Source: Sphaerodactylus townsendi
Lineage: Eukaryota
NCBI RefSeq assembly: GCF_021028975.2
Contig: NC_059440.1
Coordinates: forward strand, 31,124,001-31,188,000
DNA length: 64,000 nucleotides
Direction of reading: 5' to 3'
In this document: positions 23,763 through 32,646 of the stretch, piece after piece
Numbering within the stretch: position 1 is the first letter of the stretch
Layout: each line of letters starts with the position of its first letter
Position numbers and translations under genes: made by a program
The notes under the pieces: generated by a model
Seen by the model: only the letters and a program-made list of their open reading frames with translations
What the model was told of the DNA's origin: nothing
The model's database searches: none

Positions 23763-24089
23763 GGCGCCCCCCTCCAGGCTCCTCCGCCCCGCGGGAACGG
23801 CACTCGCTGCGACCCCCCGCCGGCCGTGCCAGGAGCGCCTGCAGAGCGCGCCAAATAGGGAGCGCCGACAGATTCGGCTGAGAAAGCCTTAGTGGGGCGC
23901 CAGCCCCATAACCGCAGCGCTCCGCCCCGAAGAGCCTGCGGCTTTCTAAACCCCGAATCGGTTCAAGCAGCAGAGCCCTCCCGGGCTCCGGGGAAGCCTT
24001 TTGCGCTCCCGTGTTTCCTATGGACTACCTGCGAAAGAGCCTTCCTCGCCCCACTCCCCTAAAAAGCACTCGGGGCAGTGAGGCTGCAG

Positions 24090-25739
24090 CAGGGGCGTAA
24101 CGAGGCAAACTGTAGCCCTGGGCAAAACCTGAGTTGGAGCCCCCCCCCCCCTCCCCGCGGCCACTCCACCACAACCAATTTTTTTTTGCACCAGGACATT
24201 AGTGCATGCAGGGGGTTATTTTTAGACATATCAGCACCAAAAATTCAGTGTATCATCAGGAGACTGTCCTTATGCTACCCCCCAAGTTTGGTGAGGTTTG
24301 GTTCAAGGAGTCCAAAGTTATGGACTCCCAAAGGGGGTGCCCCATCCCCCATTGTTTCCAATGGGAGCTAATCCCCAAATTGCGTGCCCTATGCAGTCCT
24401 TTGTCTGGAGTTAGGTCAAAACTCCTTGGAATCAGCCGCTTGGCTGAGGGTTTTTAGATTCTAGCTGCGAATTCATTTTCTCTCGGACTGTAATTCCCTG
24501 GTCCACCGTCTGCTCTCTGACACCCATTTGAACCCCTGGTTTTTCATAATTGAAGAAAAAATGGCCTCTATTGGACTGTCAGTGGATTCACTTTGCCCTT
24601 TGTCCTATTCAGAAGCTTATAGAAAATTAAAAGGTCAACTATTGGATAGAGAGTTCTCTACCCTAGTCACAGCAGCCAAGAAAACATGCTCCCCCCTGTA
24701 TTTTTCTCTCATTTGAATGGGGCCACTTGGCACACTACCTGTATTCCTTAATAAACCCTGCTCAAAGGATAATGCTCGCCAGGTTTAATGTTATGCCTTC
24801 TGCCTTGTTACATGGCAGATTTAATAAGCAAGAAAAGGCTAAAAGATTGTGCCCATGTAACGATGGCTCAGTTGAATCTTGAAAACTCAATGCAGGACAA
24901 AGATTCTTGGGCAAATTTCTGGGATGTTCCTGAAGGGGGCACATTTTTGGATGTATCAGCACCAAAATGTGAGGGTATCATCTGGAAACTGTCCTGATGT
25001 GACCCCCCCCCCCAAGTTTGATGCAGTTTGGTTTAGGGGGTCCAAAGTTATGGACCCTCAAAGGGGGTGCCTCATCCCCCATTCTTTGCTAAGGAGATGC
25101 GGGCTACCCTTTTGAGGGTCCATAACTTTGGACCCCCTGAACCAAACTGCACCAAACCTTGGGGGTGCCATCAAGACAGTCTCCAGATGATACCATGAAA
25201 TTTTGGTGCTGAGACATCCAAGAATGCCCTCCCTGCAAGAACATCCTGAAATTTGCCCAAGAATCTTTGTTCTGCATTGAGTTTTCTGCATTGATGTCAA
25301 TGGGGGTTGCAGGCTGGGGGGGGCACATTTCTGAAGGCACAGTCTCAAAACTTTCAGGGTCTCATCAGGAGACTGCCCTAATGACACCCCCCAGGTTTTG
25401 GGCAGTTTGGTTCAGGGGGGCCAAAGTTATGGACCCTCAAAACTGTAGCCCCCATCTTCTATTAGCTCCCATTGGAAACAATGGGGGATAGGGGCACCCC
25501 CTTTGGGAGTCCATAACTGTCGACTCCCTGAACCAAACCTCACCAAACTTGGGGGGTAGCATAAGGACAGTCTCCTGATGATACGCTGAAATTTTGGTGC
25601 CGCTAGCCTAAAAACCATAAAAGGCCATAAAAGGAAAACCACTAAAAATACCCAAAAACGAACCCAGCTTTTTGATGCCCCCCACAAGGTGATGCCCTGG
25701 GCAGCTGCCCACCTTGCCCAATGGGCATTATGCCAGTAG
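24090..25739. mobile_element. composite hAT-like element with internal inverted sub-repeats and a nested non-LTR retrotransposon fragment (~24372-24880)
   Basis: CAGGGGCGTAA...TTATGCCAGTA termini with an apparent GGCTGCAG TSD; 24230-24372 inverted against ~25460-25610; nested segment translates to ARFNVMPSALLHGRFNK..RLCPC, like the C-terminus of a LINE ORF2. Confidence 0.6.
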
Positions 25740-25744
25740 GCTGC

Positions 25745-25840
25745 AGGCAGCGGCGGCGGCGGCGGCGGCAGCAGCAGCAGCAGAAGAAGAAGGAGGAGGA
25801 GGAGGAGGAGGAGGAGGAGGAGGAGGAGGAGGAGGAGGAG
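25745..25840. repeat. compound trinucleotide microsatellite (GCG/GCA/GAA/GAG)n
   Basis: Directly visible; a similar compound run lies at 26943-27022. Confidence 0.9.
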
Positions 25841-26974
25841 TTTGGCAATGGCCATTATAACGACAGGAATGTCATTGCTATCATTATAACGATCTGTTTA
25901 ACGGCATTACCAGCGTTATAACGATCGTTATAACGGCCATTGCCATCGTTATAACGTGTACTCCGGTGGCCAAAGTCGCAAACTACAAGCGCTTATCCCC
26001 GTGTTTGCAGAGGGGAGATGTGAATGACTCCCGTTTGTGGCTTTTCTGGGCTTCTTCCGCTCAGGACTCGACCTCCCAATTCTCCACCCCCCCCCCACCT
26101 CTCCAAATGTGAATATGCTTGTCTCCGTGTTTGCAGAGGGGAGAGGTGAATGACCTTATAGCCCATAGTGAATGAGCCTCAGAAAGTTAGTGGAGCCCCC
26201 ACAACCTGCACATGAGGTCCCGTGCGAAGGCAGCGGTCAGAGTGGCGCTGTCCCGGGCTGTTGGCATCCACTCTGCACAGGGGTCGGCAGATGTGCAAGA
26301 CGTCATTTCTGGTCCCCTCTTCCCCATGGAGTCTCCCCCACTTTTCTGAAAAGCACAAGGGGGGGGGGCTGGATCCTGGCAACCGCTCCTTCGTTGGACT
26401 GGCCTGGGCTCCCCCCCCAAACCCTGACCCCCTCTTTCAAGAATAGAGGCCACACACAGCTGCTTTCTAGGTGTCAAACTCACAGCCCTCCATATATTAT
26501 GGACTACAGTTCCCATCATCCCCTGCAACCACCATGCTGGCAGGGGATGATGGGAACTGTAGTCCATAACATCTGGAGGGCTGCGAGTTTGACACCTGTG
26601 CCTTAAGCCATATGTGTACCACAGGACCATAATCATTGTGTGTGTGTGTGTTGGGGTGAGTGGGTGGGTTGTGGGCATGGCCCCTCTGTGGGAAAATCCC
26701 AGACTCCTTGCCTGGATCCTTTCTATATCTTTTTAATAGAAACAACCCTGTCATTCTCTTACTTTACTTGCAGTGAAACTGGAAAGAAACTATTTGGGGC
26801 TGTAACCTACCCACTTACCTGCCTAGTTAGAAATAAGTTGTTCTGGAGGGTGGGTTCAATGGGGGAATGTTAGCTTCTTGCAGCAAACGAAAGAGGGATC
26901 TTGTTCTGGGCTCCTGTTTCTAGCAGTTAGAAGCCACTGAGCCAGCAGCAGCAGCGGCAGCGGCGGCGGCGGCA

Positions 26975-27285
26975 GAAGAAGAAGAAGAAGAAGAAGGAGA
27001 AGGAGAAGGAGAAGGAGGAGGAGGGTTTGGATTTATATCCCCCCTTTCTCTCCTGCAGGAGACTCAAAGGGGCTTCCAATCTCCTTGCCCTTCCCCCCTC
27101 ACAACAAACACCCTGTGAGGTGGGTGTGGCTGAGAGAGCTCAGAAGAGCTGTGACTAGCCCAAGGTCACTGTGACTAGCCCAATTCCCCAGATAAGCCTC
27201 CACAGTTCAGGCGGCAGAGCTGGGAATCAAACCCAGTTCCTCCAGATTAGATACATGAGCTCTTAACCTCCTACGCCACTGCTGC
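26975..27285 (-). mobile_element. Squam3-like CORE-SINE with expanded tail
   Basis: Reverse copy whose tail merges with the microsatellite. Confidence 0.8.
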
Positions 27286-28576
27286 ATTTCTGTTTTATTC
27301 ATATGATGAATTGAGTCAGCTGAAACATTCCAGATTAGCCACGACTAGTTGATGTCCATTCATGCACACAAAACTGCCAGCTTATATTTGAACCCTTTCT
27401 CCTTAACTTTTCTGGTAACCGACCCAATGTCCAGTAAATAAAACCCCCAAACGAAAAAGAAATGTTGCTCTTTGATTCAAAGTGAGAGTGAGAAAAACAG
27501 AGAAAAAAAACAAATTGTTAACCGAATGAATGGGTTGCGACACATGCCGTGAATCAAAAGCGGCTGGGATCAGTCTTGAAATAAATGATGACTTCCAGAG
27601 GACTGATGAAGCCCCAGATATCCGAAAGGAACCTCTATCTCTCCCGCCAAATTGCTGTTTCGCAGAAAGGCAGAGGGGGGTTATCTCCGAGCAAATTCTG
27701 AATCATCTTATGTTTGCGTCCACAGAGAGTTAGCATTCTTTCGGAGGCTGCTGCTGGTGACGTCGCCAGTCTGGTTTCTTTGAAAATCACCACATCTGAA
27801 GTTCTGCACATCCCATGGGCCTCCAAATACATTTTTTTAAAAAAACCCTGACTGCTTCTGTACACATTGTACACATTGAATGCGCAAGGGGAAGCACTAC
27901 CAGTCAGAATAGGGGACAGCCTGGTGCAGTGGTTAAGAGCAGAGGACTCTACTCTGGAGAACCAGGTTTGATTCCCCACTTCTCCTCATGTGCAGCGGAC
28001 TTGTTTCCCTGCTCCTCCACATGAAGCCTGTTGGGTGACCTTGGGCTAGTGCTAGTTCTCTCAGAAAGGAGTTTGTGAGCTGCACTGAGATTCCTTAAAA
28101 AGAGAGAAAAGGTGGGGTACATATCCAAGCTCTTCTTACTGGGCTTACTGGCCCAAGAGACATTTTCAAGTGGCTATATAGGGGGTAGAGCACATTGAAA
28201 TCTCAGGTTCCGTTCCCGCCAGCTCCATTGAAAAGGGCTTTTGGAAAGCCTGAAACTCGAGGGAGATGATCAGCAGAGACTGTGGAATGGTCTGGCATGG
28301 CTCCCTGGTCCTTTTTCACTTCGTATGTTCAGTAGGACTTCACGGAATTGCAGAAGTGCTGAGATTTTAGCCAACTTGCAGGCTCCGGGAAAAGCCTATG
28401 TCATTTTCTTCCTGTGTTTACAGTGCTGTGGTTTTGTGGGTACAGTGGTGGGGTGGAGGAGACCAGCTGCTAGTCTGCCTTTTGTTGTGTGTGAGGCAAA
28501 ATGTGTGGCTTTCTGATTAGGATACTGGGAGATTATAACTTGATATTGCTCTCCCGTTATCCTTCACGATCTAAGA

Positions 28577-29050
28577 CAGTGATGGCGAACCTATGGCACG
28601 GGTGCCAGAGGCGGCACTCAGAGCCCTCTTTGTGGGCACGCGCACACAGAGTTCGTCATGTGGGGGGCGGAAAATCACCCCCACACACACACATCTAGGC
28701 TGGCCTGGGCCACTGAGCATAATGTGCACACACCGCGGTGAGCAGGGAGGACTCAGATGGTGGGCCTGGTGCCTGTGCTCCGGGTGGCTGCTGCCCGGTG
28801 GGGGGGGGGGGGCGCAGAGGAGACAGAGATGCTAGAGAGGCACAGAGCGGTGCGCACAGGACTTGCTGGAGGCTAGAGCAGGCTGGCCCCTGCTTGAGCA
28901 GGTGGGGCGGAGGAAGAGGGAGCCAACCATTTTTTTCCAAACTAAAACCTCATCATTCAGGTTAAATTGCCGGGTTGGCACTTTGTGATAAATAAGTGGG
29001 GTTTGGGTTGCAATTTGGGCACTCGGTTGCAAAAAGGTTCGCCATCACTG
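28577..29050 (+). mobile_element. non-autonomous hAT element
   Basis: Perfect TIR CAGTGATGGCGAACC and perfect 8-bp TSD ATCTAAGA. Confidence 0.9.
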
Positions 29051-29464
29051 ATCTAAGAACACTGAGAACACCCAGAAGAGTCTGGATTTATACCCCACCT
29101 TTCTCTCCTCTAAGGGGATTCAAAGGAGCTCTCAAACTCCACTCACTTCCTCTCCCCACAACTTCTTGTGATCTAGGTGGGGCTGAGAGAGTTCTGAACG
29201 GTGACTATTATCCTGAGGGGGATGCAGGAAACCCTGATATGACTTGTTTCTAATGCTGTGTGAGGATGTGGTTAGAATGTTAGAACGAAGAGGTCTGGAC
29301 TCCAATCCCCACGCAGCCGCGACACTCACAAGCTTGACTTAACCTACCTTGCAGGGTTGTTGGGGGAATAAAAATGTGGGCAATTCTTATGGTTTTTAAT
29401 TCATCCCACCTTCAATCCAGCCAAATCCTTGGGATCAGGGGAGGTTAGAAACCTAGCCAATAAT

Positions 29465-29610
29465 TATAGGTATTTATGGATCTATATATGTATGTAGGAA
29501 AAGTTAATACTATATTGATTTTATGTATAATTCTGAGGACCTATATCATTTGTTTTGTAAGTTTACCTTTTTAAATTAATATTAATAAAAACTTTATTTA
29601 AAAAAAGAAA
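29465..29610 (+). mobile_element. 5'-truncated L1-type insertion (3' UTR plus A-tail)
   Basis: AT-rich body ending AATAAA...A-rich tail; 18-bp TSD AGAAACCTAGCCAATAAT at 29447-29464 and 29611-29628. Confidence 0.75.
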
Positions 29611-29656
29611 AGAAACCTAGCCAATAATGAACCACCTCACTGCTTTGCTTTGTAAC

Positions 29657-29662
29657 TTTATT
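29657..29662 (-). terminator. polyadenylation signal of the THSD8-like gene
   Basis: AATAAA on the minus strand about 200 nt after the stop codon at 29860. Confidence 0.6.
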
Positions 29663-29859
29663 GGCGCTCATACGAAATTGCTGTGGAGCAGCTCTTGGGG
29701 CTGGCGCAGCGGGCAGGGGCTCAGAGCCCCCTTCACCCTTCGCAGAGTCGTGGTCTCTTTGTCGTGCTTAGTGCCGCAGGCCTTTGTGAATACAGACAAG
29801 CAGCAGCAGAGCCAAGAGGCTGCTGGATCCTCGCCCAGAACAGGATCTCTGTTGCCTCC

Positions 29860-31342
29860 CTACTCTTCTCCCATGTCGTCCACTACAGGGAGACTATCAT
29901 ACGACTCAGTGTCCAAGCTGGGCGGAAGAGGGATCTCAGAGTCATGGGGGTCCACAGGCAGAAATCTCTCCCAGGGTGGGCCCCAGCCAGACCTCTCAGA
30001 GCTGTCTGGACATTCCTCCGGCTCACAGGTGACGCACTCCTGCAGGGAACAGGGCTTCTCCTCCCAGAACTCCTTGGCCTCCAGGCTGGCCTTGAGCGGG
30101 AGGGCGATGCTGGCAGGCCAGGCCACCAAGTGCCGGCTGCGGGCTTGTTTGTTCAAATTGCACAGACAAATCCAGGGCTGCCAGCTGGTCCAGTGGACGC
30201 GTTTCCCCCCTGCAGAGAGCAAAACACTTGGCAGGGAGCCTTGGTGCCAGGACGGAGCCCCCTTCAGGTAGCCCGAGGGAACAGTTATCCTCTCTAGAGA
30301 AGATGGCAGACCTCCCTGCTTGGGAGAACGGAAAGCAGGACATTGTTACCGTTTCCACTTTCAAACTCCAGGGATTTCCTAACCCAGAGTTGGCAACCCA
30401 TTTTACACACCACTTAGAAGAAGAAGAGTCTGGATCTATATCCCCCCTTTCTCTCCTGAAAGGAGACTCAAAGGGGCTGACAATCTCCTTTCCCTCCCCC
30501 CACCCCACAACAAACACCCTGTGAGGTGGGTGAGGCTGAGAGAGCTCCGAAGAACTGTGACTAGCCCAAGGTCACCCAGCTGGCTTGTGTTGGGGTGCAC
30601 AAGCTAATCTGGTTCCCCAGATAAGCCTCACAGCTCAAGTGGCAGAGCGGGGAATCAACCTGGTTCCCCAGATTAGAGCGCACCTGCTCTTAACCACTAC
30701 ACCACGCCGGCTCTTAAGAGGTTTTTAGCAAGCCCATACTTCCATTGCTGGGCCACTGCAACAATAATCGTTCCCTCCCATTCCTGTCTCCACCCCGCAT
30801 ATCCCAGAGGACCTGCTGCACTGGAGGAACATTAAGAATTTGGTGTGGGGGGTGGGGAAATAGCTGTGTGGCAGGTGAAAATGCAGCAGGCAAAGACTTT
30901 CTCCGTCATGGAACAATCCCTGCCCCCTTGAATTTCTATCCATCAAGCAACCAAGAAAAACACAATGCTCCCCCCGCCTCCAGAAGAGGCACCAAGCCTC
31001 CATAGTTGTGATGTTTTATATCATTTTAAAAAATGATTTTGCTCCTTGGAATGAAAAAACAGTGCCCTTCAGGAGTGCAACCTCCACACTTAGAGGAAGT
31101 CTACCTGTGAATGGCCCATCCTGGGGATTCCTACTCTCACAGATCAAACCTCTGACGGATCAAACCTCATGCAGCATCAGAGAGACAGAGTTGGTTCCAG
31201 CAGCAGATAAATGTGTGTGTGTGTGTGTGGGGGGGGGAGTGTTGTCTTTACCGACATCCATCTGTGCTCTGGAAGAGCTGACAGGGCCGAAGAGCCAAAA
31301 TCTGGAGATCAGGAGCAGCCACGACACCAGCAGCAGCCTCAT
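29860..31342 (-). CDS. secreted THSD8-like (thrombospondin type-1 domain) protein, 2 coding exons, 174 aa
   Basis: Exon 1 31252-31342 (MRLLLVSWLLLISRFWLFGPVSS signal peptide, G|GTAAAG donor, phase 1) joins in frame to exon 2 29860-30293 (CTTCTCTAG acceptor). Contains WTSWQPWICLCNLNKQARSR...KPCSLQECVTCEPEEC, matching the W-x2-W-x-CLC-x-L-x-KQ-x-RSR...PC-x4-C-x2-C-x-P-x2-C pattern I recall for THSD8. Confidence 0.8.
30415..30712 (-). mobile_element. Squam3-like CORE-SINE in the intron of the THSD8-like gene
   Basis: Full-length reverse copy. Confidence 0.8.
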
Positions 31343-31384
31343 CTGCTCTGGGACCGAGAAGTGTCCAGAATCTGGAACTCAGAA

Positions 31385-31470
31385 TCCTGCTGGGGCAACA
31401 GGTCCACACAGGACCGCTGCAAGGGAGGTTGCTGCCATGGTAACCTCACAAGGAAGGAACCAATCAGTCG
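31385..31470 (-). promoter_or_regulatory. putative promoter of the THSD8-like gene (RFX X-box plus CCAAT)
   Basis: GCTGCCATGGTAAC at 31431-31444 (one mismatch to the RFX palindrome), CCAAT at 31460-31464, and a second GGCAAC half-site near 31394-31399. Confidence 0.5.
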
Positions 31471-31492
31471 TTGGCATTCCGGGAAATATTGA

Positions 31493-32172
31493 TCTACAAA
31501 ATGAACACAAACAGGTGTGCGGCGTGAAACTAATTAACCCAGGAAATTGCGCTGCACACCGGCTGGCTGGTAGTGAAAACGTAAACAATCATAGTCAAAT
31601 AAATAATCTACTATCGTCTCAAAAACTCATATGTATCTTATTGACATAAGTTCTTAAACTGTTGGTACAATTTTACATGATAATGTACTAAGATGCATCA
31701 CAAATCCTAAATATAAAGAGGTATAGTTCATAAGAAGCTAGATTCCTTATTCAGTGCTATGTATCAAAAACAGCAGAAAACAAACCGCAAAAGTCCATAA
31801 CAGAATGAGGTGCCAGCAAAATCTTGCCGAAGAGTTCGAGTGCTGCTCAGCTGTTGCGAAATTCAAGCGTCACTGTTTACAAGCTGCTCCACTGTGGCAA
31901 TGCAAGCCTCGATTAATGATGATATGAATAGTTCAATAGTTCAATTCAAACGCAATCGCGTATTTGCGTTTTCAATCATCCATCTTCTTTAGGACAAACT
32001 GTGTCTTACACATAGTACATTATCATGTAAAATTGTACCAACAGTTTAAGAACTTATGTCAATAAGATACATTTGAGTTTTTGAGACGATAGTAGATTAT
32101 TTATTTGACTATAATTGTTTACGTTTTCACTATCAGCCAGCCGGTGTGCTGCACAATTTCCTGCGTTAATTA
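31493..32172. mobile_element. 680-bp foldback insertion (probably Penelope-like) with 160-bp inverted arms and 17-bp TSD
   Basis: ATTCCGGGAAATATTGA at 31476-31492 and 32173-32189; arms 31531-31690 and 32013-32172. Confidence 0.8.
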
Positions 32173-32417
32173 ATTCCGGGAAATATTGACAGCATCATAA
32201 GAACATCCTTTGGAATAGCATGAAGGCCGGACGCTTCTAGTGTTTGGTGATGGGAGCAGTTATTTCTGGGCTTGCCTAAGTCTTCAGGGGAAGACCCGAC
32301 TCCCTCTCGGGAGCGACGCTGTCTCAGACAGCAGCCCTGATCCTGTGGAACTCCCTCCTACAGTAAATCCATAGCATTCAGTGTTTCTTTACCCTCCCGG
32401 AAGTAAGCAAAACAATT

Positions 32418-32423
32418 TTTATT
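32418..32423 (-). terminator. MIIP polyadenylation signal
   Basis: AATAAA on the minus strand about 225 nt after the MIIP stop. Confidence 0.6.
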
Positions 32424-32646
32424 CAAAAACATTTAAAAATCTCCTCCCCATTCAAGTACAATTTGGGGGGAAAAAAACGCTCTTTTAAATTGTGTCTGTG
32501 AATGCCTTGGAGATTTCTGTTTCCAATCCCATATTTTCTTGAACTGTGCTTTGCTGGGAGGTGGGTATGCAGGCTGTTCTGTTTTGAGTTTCCTGAATTC
32601 CAGACTCGCTGATCCTCAATTGGCAGCTGGTGGTGATGAAATTACT

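Noticed and set aside
25427-25855. ORF with signal-peptide-like poly-Leu
   Set aside because: Translation of a (GAG)n microsatellite and adjacent TE.
29627-30297. 214-aa and 204-aa plus-strand ORFs
   Set aside because: Antisense to the THSD8-like exon 2; signal peptide, splice sites and polyA all support the minus strand.
31252-31342. Signal-peptide exon as an alternative first exon of TNFRSF8
   Set aside because: It ends in phase 1 whereas CD30 exon 2 starts in phase 0; it fits the 30293 acceptor instead.
31379-32358. ~100-codon open frame restored if the foldback insertion is removed
   Set aside because: No recognisable homology; it overlaps the putative promoter and is plausibly chance.
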